From the NCBI RefSeq assembly GCF_024521635.1, contig NW_026250441.1, forward strand, positions 1 to 64,000: 64,000 nt of DNA, written 5' to 3'. Below are positions 36,478 through 49,877 of this stretch, in pieces. The notes under the pieces are model-generated. The model did not search any database and was not told where the DNA came from. It worked only from the letters and a program-made list of their open reading frames with translations. Origin of the DNA: Tricharina praecox. Lineage: Eukaryota. Each line of letters begins with the position of its first letter. Positions within the stretch are counted from its first letter, which is position 1. The position numbers and the translations under genes were made by a program.

Positions 36478-39400
36478 GGTGTTTGACTTTCACCTGACGT
36501 CCCTGAGAGTGTGTGATGGTAGTGGTGTTGTGGGGTACAGACGTTGGGAGACGGAATGTTAAGAGCCAAGTATGTCGGGAAAGGAAATTCGAAGTTCGAA
36601 GTTCGTCTGAAAAGAGATGTGGGAAGCGAGAGTCTTGAAGAGCGGACGAAATGGGGTGGTGAGACTTTCTCAACTTCGAAATTGGTTTGACACCGAGACA
36701 CAACGTGGGATTCAAACTAGCGTTCTGCACCCAATGAGAGTAGGTTATTGCCCGCGGCATTTAGTGACTGTGTTTTTCATTGGTTCACACGATGATACTC
36801 GAAATGCGAGTGAGACCTGTGAAGGACTAGCGTGGAGTCAGGCAGCTTCGGCGGGGTCGGAAAGGCCGCTCTCTTTTTACCCTGATAGTGACAGCACTTC
36901 GCCTTCTGGGCCGCCATTATGTAAACATGTTAACCAGGAGTACAAGTATGAATTCTCGTTCGGATACAGCAGCTGCGAAGCAATCAAGGAACACAAGATT
37001 ACAGAGCATTTCAAATGTCCCAGACCTCCGGGAATAACGCGGTGAATCTGTCTCGCAGCATTGCCTTTCAATTCAGAAACACAACATAAACTAAGGACAC
37101 GAAAACTCTAGCCGCATGGTCTCCCTAATCAACAGACGCACTATCAATAATGATTGAGGGATAGACTCAGAGACATATACAGGCTTGTTTCGTGATTCAT
37201 TCTACACGGCAAATAAAGGAGTGCTCGACGCCAATCGCAGCAACCCATCAACTTCACCCGGCTGAATCCATCTACCAGCAGTTACCGTGCGTGACATTCG
37301 ATCACCCTTTGAGTGATCAGAAACACCCACCGAACTGGATTTCGTTCCTCTAGCAATAATTACCAAGCCCACCTAGTTTCATTTCTCCTGCATCATGTGG
37401 ATAGTCGAGTGCGCGGGCATGAGTCACACTGCAACCCTGGTAATAGATCTCATTCTAACTGCAGGACAAAAATGAGTACCGCAACTCCGCTCCCTATTCC
37501 CGCTCATTCGCTCTGTGGTGCGGCCGATATCATGCATGCGATAGTCGCACCCATCAGGTCGATTGCGGAGAAATTAGTTCGTGTAAAGCTACTGATGCGT
37601 ATACTTTCGCCGCTCCTATGTACTACATAGGCGATGTTGAGGTACCGGCGGCGGCGGTAGGCGACCGAGTGATCGGCGGTGGAGCGCCGGCAGCGCCGGC
37701 GGCGGATAACGGGGATTTGTGGCCTCGACACCAAGAGCCTGGTTTAGGTCGCTATCGCGTTTTTCCATAGTCTCTTCTTACTGTCTGTTGCATAGCATCA
37801 ATACATTCTCATTCTCATCAACCGGTGATTATCACAAATAGTCGAGTAGGGAGATAATATAAGGCGTCGCATGATTTGTAAGCCAGGCGATATGTGCCCG
37901 GGTTATGTAATCCGCGGGGAAAACGACCCACGGACGTGAAACGGTGTTCCATGTCACCGACAAACGCCAGGCCCACAGTTGACAGTGCCGCACCTTCGGG
38001 GACTCCCTATTAACCGCTAGTTACAGGTAGGAGTTGCCGTACCCAATATCACGGCGCACCGACGAAGTACGGAGGTGAATATTTCCCTCTGCGGAACTTT
38101 CCGTCCCAATCGTTGGAAATCCAGCTCAGTACTCGGTATTTGGGACTGTGGGGCCTATCCGCAGCGCATATTTGAGGATAATTGGCCCCGCACCGACAGA
38201 CTGCGAGCAAGGTAGCAGGTAGTTTATCACACCTCCGCGGCGCCGACGTGTGGCGCATTCGGAACTGCCCGGTAGGAATAGTCAAGACTCAAGAGTCGTT
38301 ACCCTCCGTGCACACGGTGGACGTTTATTCGTCCCAACTTGAAGTCCCATTCCCAACATGTCGTCTGTGCGTCAGTGGTGTCCGTGTGTAGTTGTTTCCG
38401 TTTGACCGTCCTTCGACGTCCGACACGTGTCCATCCCGCTTGCGGAACCACCGGTTGCATTGTGCTGTACTCCTGCAGGTCTCATCTACCGACGAACCAC
38501 GGGGCTACGTAGGTGGTGGAAGGAGGGAGTGCTAGTCCTAGTCAGCTTCGATGAGGATTCTAGTTTGTGAAGTGGAGTGAGGAGCGGGTCGTGGAATTTG
38601 ATTCGCACATACCGAAGTAGGTGGGAATCCAATGATCCATTGAAGCCGCACAGACAGTGCTCAGCGAGTGACGACCGCAGTCACGATCGCATGTCGCAGG
38701 ATCACCCCATTGAGGCAGAGCTTTGCCGTCCGGCAATGGAGCCAAAACTCCCAAGCACCGCGTGGCGCTCGGCAAAGTCGAGTCCGACAAAGCTGTGCGG
38801 TGCATGTAGAAGTGGGCAGGTCCTTCGACACCAGCGCTCGTGCGTTATGGATGAGGAAGTGGATTTTCGTGCAGAATCGAGTCGATGTGTCGAGTGATCG
38901 CGGGCGGAACTGGTGTTGTTGTTACTATTATTTCGTGATGGATGGGAGAGATGGACGATGTTTGGAGATGGAATGCGCTCCCGTCCATCCCGATGAGTTA
39001 GAGTAACCCGTTCCGGTGTAAATACTAGGTCTTAGTAGCATGCAGCGAGTGCTGTTTCGTGATGTACCGAGGTATCCGCAACAACAGCTGGCATTATTTT
39101 CCATCGGTGGCCTTGGGGACTAGTTACGAGGTATACCGTATGGACTCTAGAGCCATCTGACACCCCGCGCTCGACGATTATCCGGTGTGATGCGTATCAA
39201 GGTCTTACTACTCTATCATACAAGGTCGGCAAGTGGGGGGTCTGTATATACTACTACTTTATTATGAATCTCGAAGATCCCAGCGAATTTTAACGTCGGC
39301 GAAGAATTTTACGCGAGGAATTGCAGATATGTAGTGTGGAGTGCAGAAGGACACCTCCGGCGCACCGCACTCTAAATCTTAGATGGCCAGGCTACAGTCG

Positions 39401-41767
39401 CGGCTCCGGGTCAGGTTCCGGACCAGCGGGATGATGGGTTCTCCTTATGGATGTATAGATGTATGTGCCTGTTGTTATTTCGACTCCCGACGAACAAACG
39501 TGAGGGCGCACGAAGACAGTGAGGTTAATACAGGACGCCCTACATGCGGCCTAACGGATAGGTTTGTATAGAATTTACCGTATTCATGGGCTTCGTGGGG
39601 AGATTACCATAAACGTCACCATCAAATATCATACCTCGTTATCCGTGCAAGGAGAGGGTATTTACGTACCGTACGCACGGCCACACTCCGCCCACGCGTG
39701 ACCGACTAGGAACATAGCTGTGTTTTCCCAACAAAATGTTTTTGCGGGGAAGCGCCGATCGTTTGGGCCCAGCTCTCGTACCCCTGTAGTTATGACCGAG
39801 ATGCCTCGGCAGGTTATCACGAGCTACCGTAGTTACCGGCAACCCCGTCGCGGCGTTTGTTTACCACCGGCGCTATGTATGCAGGTACATTGAAACCGAA
39901 GAAGAAGTTTATCGAAGACAAAGCTGACTAGACAGGCTTGGTGTGTCTATATGTACTGTACATGCCCGGTGACATTCTTCGACATAATGCAGCTTCCGGA
40001 AAGAAGTGGTGGTTGGCGGACGCCGAGTCGATTACGGTAGTGGAGACTTCAGCACCGTAGGAGATTTTATCCCGCTGGTCCTGTGGCACAACCGATGACT
40101 CGATATCTGGGTAAACTTACTTAGTTCGAATTTACAGTTTACTCACCTTCGGCCTCAAGGCTCACGCCGACATCCGCCCCCAATCCACCGTTATTACCGG
40201 ACTACCGGAAGAGAGGGAAGGGCCAAGATTGCCCCACACCACGTGGCCGGGTAAGGTTCCTCCCCCACCTACCTCCACCATACCCCCGACTCCTGAGCGG
40301 AAGAGACTGAGACAAGGGTGGTGGACAACCTCGGCGATAAGTTAGCCCTTCATATCCATTGAACGTCGTTTATACTAGAGCGCCCATAACGGCCGTGTGT
40401 AGTACATACTTCATACAACCACCCTGCAGAAAAAATAGGCGGGGCTCGTACCCGGAGCCGCAGGCTGTTGCGTCGTCGATTTTAGCCTGCGGCTCATGAG
40501 CATGATGTGGGACCAGCGACCAGCAAGGTACCTAACCCACTTACTTGGATGCATGCCATAGATCTATCGGCGGCTGCGATCAGGCGGCGTGCATGACAGG
40601 TTCTCTCCGTGGGGATTTGGAATACGAGGACCCCGCGATCTCCCCTCCATGACCTTGGTCGTGCGCTAATCGGCTTCGACATTAAGCCGCGGTCAAAACC
40701 TAATCCTTGAACGCTGCCGATACCGTTGGCCTCATATATCTGAATCGTTTGATGCATACGCCTTTGTCACCATCGAACGGCCATCCGCTTCCAGTCAACT
40801 TCTTTAATCGTGTACTAAGAATGTTCATTCACCCCGCGTATGCCCCCCGTCATTGCTGCGGTCCGGTCCGGCTCGCCGTGAACGCACTCGCCATTGCGGT
40901 CGGTCGTGGTGCCAGTCTTCTTGAGAAGCTCCGTTTTCCTGGCAGCTTCGCTCGTGTCGGCGGATCCCGTCACCCTGGGGCAGAGAAGAGCCGAGGGGAT
41001 AACCTGTGCCTTGACCGTACCGTAGGCTATGTACTAGCTACCCGTGGTAGGTACGCAGGTGGCGTGCGGGGATGCATTGCCAGGTCAATGCTGTCTCCGC
41101 TCCGCCACAGTACAGCCAAAGCCGACCAGCGTAGACCTGGCCTCCTACCCCCCGCTCAATCCGTTTTTGACAGCTCGAAACTATATCGGAAATGTCATTA
41201 GATTTCCCACAAACTTCGATGTATGCACATACCTATCGTGCTCTGCAGTTGCTGGACCCATCGTGGTGCACAAGCCACCTAGATCATGACACCGCTCGAC
41301 CGACCAATTGGTTGCAGATGCGCTACGGCCAGTGCGTATTCCCCCACAATATCTGCGCAATCAATTTAACGCTGAGCCCAATACCGATATCGCTACCGGT
41401 CCCCATAGTACCGATGGACCGTGCCAAGTACCCACCCCGTATTCCAACCACAACCGACGTGCCAAGCTATGTTCCATACTGGGCCACTCTCTACCAAACT
41501 CTACGAATGGAACGAACTTGAAGCTCCACCAAAACGTGTGGAGAGGATACTCCCCCGGGGGCTCCCAAGAATCGTCCTCGACTGCTCGCCTGTCTAGACT
41601 CAGAGTATATATACTCTGGTTTCCCTCTCGTTTCATATTCCCATCACCATCCAACCGCCTCCAGTCCTTCACACACTCATTCCTACTCGGTCAGCACCAC
41701 CAGCTCAAAAACCCAAAAAACAGCTTCTCGCACCAGCTCACTCACTCCTTCGTTCCCAACAATCGCC

Positions 41768-42526
41768 ATGAAGTTCTTCATCCCTCTCGTTTTCGTCGCC
41801 GGCGCGCTTGCGTCTCCGGTCGCCCTCGAGAGCCGCCAGCTGCTCAGCAGCTCGACCACCTCGAACGACTACGTGAAGGGAGGCTGCAAGCCTGTCGTGA
41901 TGATCTACGCCCGAGCCTCCACCGAGTCTGGCAACGTCGTATGTACCCCCACCTACACATAGCTCGTTCTCCCATCACTGACATCTCCGTCCAGGGCACC
42001 CTCGGAGCCCCACTCAAGAGCGGCCTTGAGCGCGCCTACCCCGGCAACTTCGCGCTCCAGGGTGTCGAGTACCCGGCCGACTTGGCCTCGAACTTCCTCC
42101 CCCTCGGCAGCGGCCAGGACTCGATCGACGAGATGGCTCGTCTGATCACCGACGTGGCAACGAAGTGCCCCAGCGCGAAGATCGCCGCCGGCGGCTACAG
42201 GTACTTTCCCCCTCCCGCCCTCTCCCCCGCTTCCCCTGCACATCTAACTCCCGCACAGTCAAGGCACCGCCGTCGCCGCGCGCTCGGTCGCGCAGCTGCC
42301 TGCTAACATCCGCGACCGCGTCGGCGCCGTCGTGCTGTTCGGGTACACACAGAACGACCAGCTCAACGGCGGCATCCCCGGCTACCCGCAGGACCGCGTC
42401 AAGGTCTTCTGCAACACGGGCGATCTCGTCTGCGAGGGCACCCTCACCATCGCCCTGCCCCACTTCATGTACTCCGGAAAGGTCACCGAGGCTGTCAGCT
42501 TCATCGTGTCGAAGCTCGGAAATTAG
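41768..42526 (+). CDS. secreted cutinase (CE5), 3 exons
   Basis: Signal peptide MKFFIPLVFVAGALA; ARASTESGN; GYSQG formed across intron 42201-42258; CNTGDLVC and the catalytic His. First intron is 41939-41994. Confidence 0.95.
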
Positions 42527-42810
42527 GCGGTGGGCGTGTGCCAAAAAAGTGTGCTTAGCACGCTGAGGAAGGGTGGTGGATACGGTTGTGGATACGGTGG
42601 ATATGCCGGCGGTGGTACCGGTGGTGTGAAGCGGGCTTCAAAAGCGTGGCGATGATATTGTATCTACTTTCTTTTATATCAATTGACAGTCATTTTTGCG
42701 CATGTTCACGCCTACCGTACTTACCTATCCAGAGACTCAAAAACTTGACGAGACAAAAACAATGAGGAATTGAGAAGTGAGGTCAATGACGTTGATGATG
42801 ATGATGATCA

Positions 42811-42912
42811 GAAGAAAGCAAGACGGACAGGCAGAACAAAAATTGGTGACAACAGAAATAAATCAACGTTTACCGACCGCATCGGGTCTGATCCGTGTCC
42901 CCTCCATAACAC
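42811..42912 (-). repeat. LTR-like dispersed repeat, copy 1
   Basis: TCAACGTTTA..CCGCATCGGGT.TGATCC..CCATAACA is shared with 49878-49974. The minus strand begins TGTTATGG. Confidence 0.6.
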
Positions 42913-43357
42913 ATAGGTCCGACTAGGTCTCAATAAGGTCTCTCCTCCCAAACACAAAGTCTCAACCAGGTCCCTCCACTCCCCGAATCCCCGGGGCCGC
43001 ACTCCGTCGGTACGCAGCTAAATACATCAGACCAGCGCATATCCCCTCCCAGTCGCTGGGAAACGATGCCATCTTCGATCTCGGCCCTTGTTACGAGAGA
43101 GTGGGCGGCAGAGAGTGGTTGCCGACGGCGCCGCTAACTGTAGTTGATAGTATGTAGTGGCCGCCCAAAAAAATAGCCGTGTCAACAGTCAACCAAAATT
43201 TCCCGGTAGTGCTTGGATCAATCAATCAATTTGTAATTTTTTTATGTTGCCACATTGTACTGTTACGTCTATAGCTGTGGCGTTCTCGTGTGTCGTCTGG
43301 TGAGTGCCAAAGACACTAGGTATGGCTCACAGCACACCTGGGGGGGAAAAAATTGAA

Positions 43358-43443
43358 CTCTCTGTCAGGGAATTGAACCCTGGTCTCCCGCGGACTATCA
43401 TTGTAATGACAGGCGGAAATACTAACCACTATACTAACAGAGA
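43358..43443 (-). tRNA. tRNA-Asp(GTC) with a 14-nt intron
   Basis: Reverse complement is TCTCTGTTAGTATAGTGGTTAGTATTTCCGCCTGTCA[ttacaatgatagtc]CGCGGGAGACCAGGGTTCAATTCCCTGACAGAGAG. It shows the cloverleaf, A/B boxes and a downstream T-run. Confidence 0.95.
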
Positions 43444-44590
43444 TTTTCGATGAAACCAACCAGCTGTAAGTGGTTATGTAATCCTAGCGTCATAATAGAC
43501 AGGAGTGTGCACATCGTCGCGATGTGAAGCAAGATCTCCAACTGCTGAACGTAGCAGCATCGTCACACTACTTGGCGGGCGGTCTCAAACACTCGGTATC
43601 ACATCAAGGAAACTGTCGATGAATGCCAGCACCGATGGTACGATTGCTAATTTCTTCTGACGAGGTATGACGCGAAGCTTAGCTCGTTGAACCGTAATAT
43701 AGCCTTGCGTTCCGACGTCCGTGCATCTGCTCACTATTCCAGTCGCTGTTGGCACTTTCGCACTGCTTTTGCTCGACGCTCTATATATGCAAGCGCATCT
43801 GTTCTGTTCCTCCAGTATTGCCAACGAGTACCAGCCAATTGCTCACGTCCGCGCTTGCATGGGCTATTACTCGGCTATATCAATCCTTCGAAAGTCACTC
43901 GATGTGCCAGCACATTGTGGCGGAGCAAATGAGAACGCTTGGTTGCCTTGCCTCTCCAATACAACACGGCTTGCAATTATAAGGAGCTCCTGTTTGTATG
44001 ATAATTAATGCGGACAGCTCCGGGGCTGAGACTTGTCGAGACTCCACACAGTTTAAGGTTCTAGACATGCGATAGGCAGCCGCGATGTATTATGTTTGTT
44101 CTTCCTGCGATATCAATTACGGCCAAGAACGTGCTATATATCTATGCAGTGTTTTTCTTGTATGTTGGGAGAGTTCTCATTTCGCGGCCGTAGATTTAGC
44201 TTCGACAACTAGACGGCGCGACCACTGGCGTTGCAATAGGCGAAGCCGCTAATTGTCTAACCCTGCATACGTGTTAGTGCGTGATCGTCAGCCCTACTTC
44301 ACCGAGCGAAACTTTTCTGTGCGTCCAGAAGCACATAGCTCACCGAATCAATGACCCCGCAGGTGTCTCTCATGAGGCGACCAATTACCCCGCGCCACAT
44401 CCACACAACTTCACGGAGCTCAGGCCGGTGAGTTGGGGCAGTGCGTAGGCAACCACGCCGCAAAGTACAATAAGTACATTGTCTTCGTTTGTGCAGTTGT
44501 AACTGTCCGCACCATTCTTCACAAAATCGTCATCGTCTTCTTCTACACCTCGCGACGCGTCCACCCACTGCACAGCACTCCGACATCACG

Positions 44591-45535
44591 ATGTTCAGAT
44601 CATTCCCCGCGCTCCCATTCCCGCCCGCGTCCCTCGTCGCGCTCGCTCCTCTCGATGCGATTGCCGCTCGCACCGCAATAACCGGCACATCCTCATACCT
44701 CGACTGTCTCCTCCTTGCGCCGGGCCTACACACGCAGCAATCCGCCTTCCGCGCCAACGACGGCGAGCTCCCCGCGACCGCCGCGCTCACCACCGGCTAC
44801 GTATTCCGCGTCGAGAACCAAGCGACGGTGGCGTTCTTCCAGCGCGTGGGTGTACCCGGCCAGCTCGTGAACTGCGCCGTCGCATCGCCGGGAGCCGGCG
44901 GTGCCGGCGTCGGCACCCTCGCGGAAGTCCTCTGGGGCTCCGCGATCTGCCTGACGGTCGCGGCGACGGTCGGCCTCGTCGCGCTCAAGGACTGGTATGC
45001 CGTCTCGTGCATCGGCGCGCTGGTCCTTGCCCGCGCGGTGAATGTCGCCGTTATCCGGCGGCAGAGTCGCCTGGGCTGGAAAGGCGCGCCTGAGCCGGGT
45101 GTGCATGGCGACCTGCTGGTGCTTGTTTCCCAGGATCGCTGGATCCGTATCTCCGGACTGGTGGACGATATAAAGACTGTCACTTCCGGCCAGTGGATGC
45201 GGAATACCACGGACGTGGAGGGGTTTGCGGTGTCGGCGGCTACCGTGCTGGTCTATGGCACTGCGGCGGTGATGGGGGTGGCGTCGGCTACAGGGAGTGC
45301 GGTGATACTGGGACTGCTGCTGGCCGAGGCAGGGTTGTTGGGGTTGAGCAATGCCGTCGCGAAGAGGGCTGTCATGTTTGGAAGGGGAATCAGTACGATT
45401 GGGAGCCCGAAGCCGTACGGGAGAAGGACGGATCTTGTGAAGGAACTTGTGGCGGAGACTGGCAGGGAAGATTGGGCTATTGGCTTGGGGATGATGGTAC
45501 CGAGCGCTGGCCAAGCAAAGGAGATTCTGCTTTAG
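44591..45535 (+). CDS. uncharacterised fungal multi-pass membrane protein
   Basis: Intronless ORF with about 4 hydrophobic segments and motifs VFRVEN and WKGAPEPGVHGDLLVLVSQDRW. Confidence 0.8.
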   Translation: MFRSFPALPFPPASLVALAPLDAIAARTAITGTSSYLDCLLLAPGLHTQQSAFRANDGELPATAALTTGYVFRVENQATVAFFQRVGVPGQLVNCAVASPGAGGAGVGTLAEVLWGSAICLTVAATVGLVALKDWYAVSCIGALVLARAVNVAVIRRQSRLGWKGAPEPGVHGDLLVLVSQDRWIRISGLVDDIKTVTSGQWMRNTTDVEGFAVSAATVLVYGTAAVMGVASATGSAVILGLLLAEAGLLGLSNAVAKRAVMFGRGISTIGSPKPYGRRTDLVKELVAETGREDWAIGLGMMVPSAGQAKEILL

Positions 45536-45902
45536 ACGGACGGAGGTGTTGCATTTGTCTTCTAATAGATCGCGTTGGGAATGGAATCATTGTGCTAGTA
45601 GCCTGTATATGGCAGAAATGGGGAGCTGAACTTCTGCAAATGTGTATTGCCTAGGTACTCGGCATAGGGGCCGCCATCATTGCTGTAATATCCGCACCCA
45701 AAGCATTGTTGCTAGTTGGCGATGTATCATGTATTCACAGTGTACCAATCATCAACACAAATTACAGCGCGACAGTAGATGCTACCCCCATTGTTTTTGA
45801 ATTACAGGACAGCATAAGAAAAAAAACATCAGCTAGCTACATCACCCCCATTCATCCACCCCCTGCCCACCCAGCATTGCAACCCCTTCCCCGCGAGGAT
45901 TT

Positions 45903-48419
45903 TTATAGAAATGTAATCTCCACTCCCGACGCAACTAACCCCATCCGATACAAATCTCTCCCTACATGGCTCGGCATACAAATCACAGAAACTTTCAACA
46001 TCTCATCAAGGGTTCTTCCCGCTTCACATACGACCCAGCATCCACCATGCCGGCAGCCAACTAGAGAATAATCTCCATCGGGTATGGGCGCCATGTGATC
46101 GGCAAATATTTTCCATTCGCGACGTTGCATCCCATGGCCATCGACTACTATCTTTCCATATCTGCACCAGGATTCCTCCTCGGCCTCGGTCGTCTTCTTG
46201 GTCTTCGTGGTCTTCTTGGTCTCCGCAGTTCTCTCGATCCGCATGGGTCCCCAGGTCTCCATGGCCATGTCCTTCCATCTAGGCATCTGGTTACCCGTTA
46301 TCATCTCAAAGCCCGTGGTCTTGTTGAGCCTCCTCCGTTTCTCGTACCCCGATGGCTTCTCGGTCTCCGTTGTGATGTCCGTACTCCAAGGCCTCATGTC
46401 CGTACTCCAAGGCCTCTTGAACCGCGTTGGCGGCATCTCGGGCCGCGTTAGCTTCTCGTAGTTCCACGACTTCTCTGTCTCCGGGGTCATGTTAAACCAC
46501 GTTGGTTTCTCCGTCTCCAGGGTTATGTTGAACCTCGTTGGTTTCTCGGTCTCCGTGGCCATGTTGAACCTCGGTGGTTTCCCGGTCTTCGTGGTCATCA
46601 GGTCGAAGCTCGTTCGTCTCTTGTACCCCGTTGCCTTGCCGTAGATCGTTGGCTTCTCGGTTGGATTGGCCTTGCAGATGTCGTTGTTCCCGCTACCCTC
46701 ATCATCCCCGCTAACCGTGTTAAAGCCAGAAATTGAGCAAGTTCTGATATAGTAACCAATGCAAATGGCAGAGGTGGCCTTGCCGGCTTCATTGCGGTTG
46801 ACAGCGACGTGGTCGAACATCGTATCGTAGGAGCTTGAATCGAACGAGCGCCCAGGAATCATATGTCCCTCGATTTCGCTGCTCTGTTGAAGCTTCGACC
46901 CAGTAGCAGACCACTCCACAAGACGCAGGGACTTTGTATGCTCCCATGATGGACACCACCGGCGTTGTGACTCCTGCTGATCCGAAGGCACAGGGTATCG
47001 GAACAGCAGTTCACCCCTCCCCCATCGCGGCATATGAGAAATGCATAATCCCCAGGCGTCTTCGGGCTTCTCGTCGATGTCGTATGCTGGTAGCGTCGGG
47101 CACCGCAGGATATAAGAGATAGAAGTGATCTTATCGATTTCGTTCGTCGCCTGACGGCCGTGTATCAACAGAAGCGCATAAAACAGCCGATCTCGTTCCT
47201 TTATAAAACAATTCATGGTGTGGGGGTGCATGACGCATTCCACGGCTAGCTGGAGGAAGTCCCTCTCAATATCCTGGCCTTTCTCCCTTCGACCGCCAAC
47301 CATATAGTTGCCGGTTGACTCCTGGACCGTCCACACGCGGTTCTTCCAATGTCGCTTTCCGTCAAGAAGAGCCGGGTTATTATCAAAGCATCTGCCTAGG
47401 CCGTTGTAATACCGGAGAACGAAGGTGTCGGCCTTTTCGCGATACACATTGCCGATGGTCGGTACATCAATGCGCCATTCCTCTTTCCGGAGATCCCATT
47501 CTACCCTCTTTGCCTTCCGTGCTCCAGCTGCTGACAAAGGGCGATCGTTTGTGGATAACGTCGTCGTGCGTTGACGGATCAACCGCAGCCCTTCCGTGCC
47601 CCGAGGGAACCCCTGGCGCAAACAGAGGACATCCAACCAGCAATATTGCACTCCCAATGCAAGCACCTCTCGTCGTATACTTTCCAAGTCGACACCGACC
47701 GGTATGGTCACTGGCCATTGTCCGCCATTGATCGGCGTCATGATCGTTTGTGTATCGTCTGTCCACGCATGTGAGATGGCGCACAGTTTCCGACCAGCGC
47801 TGGAAACGACCTGATCGTTTACGAAGGACTCCCAGCCATTAGAGCCGGTGAATGAGCAATACGCATAGTCGACCACCCTGTTGGCATACAGATCCCAAAC
47901 GCGCCTTGGTGGGATTTGGTACGGATCGATGATCATGGTAACCCCTATCTTGTCGCGATGAATTGCGCCCTTCCTGCGAGCGTGAAGAAATGCCCTCCAG
48001 TTGTCCATCTCCTTCTGTGCGGTCCCAAGTACCCCATGACCTTCGAAGCATCTCCACAACGGACGAAGCATCGCATAAGCCGTGCCAAAGTCCTTTCCTA
48101 TGGTAAAGCCAAGGAGCGAATCGTATTCTAGTCGATACAGATACGATGTTTCCATGTGCTCGTTGATCATCTGGAAGACCCATTGGATGTCTTCACACCT
48201 GATCGATGCCGCGCTTTCGCCTTGAAGTACTGCGGTGACGTCGTGCGAGCGTGAAACCTCGGCGGTGAGGTGCAAAACAGTGGCGGATTGCCCATGCGAG
48301 CCAACAACCTCGGATTGCCCATGCGGGCCAACAACCTCGGATTGCAGCTTCAATTGATGGAAATCTGCTGCCAGGTCTGACTCGCGTTTTTTGAGGATGT
48401 GCGATCGTGATTCTGCCAC
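45903..48419 (-). CDS. HET (heterokaryon incompatibility) domain protein; true start uncertain
   Basis: 838-codon ORF with the HET motifs PRRVWDL, AISHAW, YCWLDVLCLRQ, IDVPTIGNVY and WKNRVWTVQE. Confidence 0.9.
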   Translation of the reverse strand: MAESRSHILKKRESDLAADFHQLKLQSEVVGPHGQSEVVGSHGQSATVLHLTAEVSRSHDVTAVLQGESAASIRCEDIQWVFQMINEHMETSYLYRLEYDSLLGFTIGKDFGTAYAMLRPLWRCFEGHGVLGTAQKEMDNWRAFLHARRKGAIHRDKIGVTMIIDPYQIPPRRVWDLYANRVVDYAYCSFTGSNGWESFVNDQVVSSAGRKLCAISHAWTDDTQTIMTPINGGQWPVTIPVGVDLESIRREVLALGVQYCWLDVLCLRQGFPRGTEGLRLIRQRTTTLSTNDRPLSAAGARKAKRVEWDLRKEEWRIDVPTIGNVYREKADTFVLRYYNGLGRCFDNNPALLDGKRHWKNRVWTVQESTGNYMVGGRREKGQDIERDFLQLAVECVMHPHTMNCFIKERDRLFYALLLIHGRQATNEIDKITSISYILRCPTLPAYDIDEKPEDAWGLCISHMPRWGRGELLFRYPVPSDQQESQRRWCPSWEHTKSLRLVEWSATGSKLQQSSEIEGHMIPGRSFDSSSYDTMFDHVAVNRNEAGKATSAICIGYYIRTCSISGFNTVSGDDEGSGNNDICKANPTEKPTIYGKATGYKRRTSFDLMTTKTGKPPRFNMATETEKPTRFNITLETEKPTWFNMTPETEKSWNYEKLTRPEMPPTRFKRPWSTDMRPWSTDITTETEKPSGYEKRRRLNKTTGFEMITGNQMPRWKDMAMETWGPMRIERTAETKKTTKTKKTTEAEEESWCRYGKIVVDGHGMQRREWKIFADHMAPIPDGDYSLVGCRHGGCWVVCEAGRTLDEMLKVSVICMPSHVGRDLYRMGLVASGVEITFL

Positions 48420-49877
48420 CGCTTGTCGAAACTAACGAAGTCAGTACTAAACTTTCAAATTCGCCAATGATGAACTCAAGACTTGTGGAACGGTTATCGA
48501 CAGTTCTTTGTACAATGAAATAGATGAGGAATGTAGGGCAACTACTTCTGGTATTTCCGTGCCGCTTTGCGAACTCCCGAACTCCCGGGAGGTATTGCTT
48601 AAACTTTGCGGCCTCCTAAATGCCCCACCAAACGCCATAAAAACCTCACCACAGGTATTTCACCGTTGTACGCTAGCGCTTCCACGGCCCGGCGGAGAAG
48701 CAATGTCTCCCGCAGTCGTACGGTACGGTTAAAGGAACTCAGAGTCGCTGATGCGAGGTCTGGAGGCCGTCCGGGGGGTTTAACGTGATATTGAATCGGA
48801 AAGCGCGTGGGAGGAGGGAACGAATGCAGCGACAAGGAGTTCTGGCAGAGGAGTAATATGGACGACCGAAAGAAAAGAACCCATGAGGAACGAACAGTTG
48901 TGGCGGGCGGATGAGAAGAAGACCTGGCTTCCAATTGACCAAATATACGGACAGGACGATTGAGATTTTGCACCCCGGCTTCGATAACAGCCCCGCAGGC
49001 GTATGATACTTGGGGTGTAGTGATTGCATGCCGAGAAGAAGCAACATCAACATTCGATTTATTAACTGGTCGAAGGTGACAGGATGCAGTCCACCTTACC
49101 ACCGAGCTGACATACGGCGATGTTGCGGTAGTGTTTGTACATATCCTCCCGCTTCAACCGAGATCCTAATACATAGCACTATTCGAAAGCTCATTGACAA
49201 ACATCATTCAAAGTGGGGGAAAGAATATTGTTATCCGCTAGCTGCGTGAGCTCTGCCGTAAAAGAACACGCGTATTATCGGTACAGATGCCCATGTTTAG
49301 AAGCACAAATTAGCCAACACCGCAGAAGACACCATCCAAGTTCCAGCAGGAGATCTGCTTCAGATGTTCTGACGACGTCCATATTTGCCGCTTAGCATTT
49401 CTCCCCGTTCGATGTTCCGCGTGCTACAGATGGATATCGGGGGTACCATTGCTGGATCGAAACGCAGGCCGTGTCATGAAATCATTCGATCAGATCGCCT
49501 TCCGAAAGTTTAAAGGACAGCAATTCGTCTGCTTCATCGGCGAAGCATGCCGATTGATTAGTGCGGGGTTTGTGCATGACGGTGGTGGGAGGGGTTGGAC
49601 TCTTTTCAATATTAGACTTTACCTACACACCGTCAAAAATAGATACAGCGACAATTACTCCATGTTGTCTGTCCATTCAATCATTGTAGTGGCTTTGTGG
49701 TGATTACCGATTGGAGTCGTCCACCTGCCGCCTAAAAACAAACTGTAAGCGGAAGTTGGCAGAGCCGGATGTCTCGCACCAGCTGTGCCGTGGATGAGAC
49801 AAACAGAGGTTTCATGAATTATTCGGTGTGATGGATTTGTCGGTGTGATGAATGGGTGATGTGTGAGAAGAACAAGA

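Noticed and set aside
41308..42306. 332-aa ORF overlapping the cutinase
   Set aside because: It is read-through of promoter and introns; the spliced cutinase explains its real coding part.
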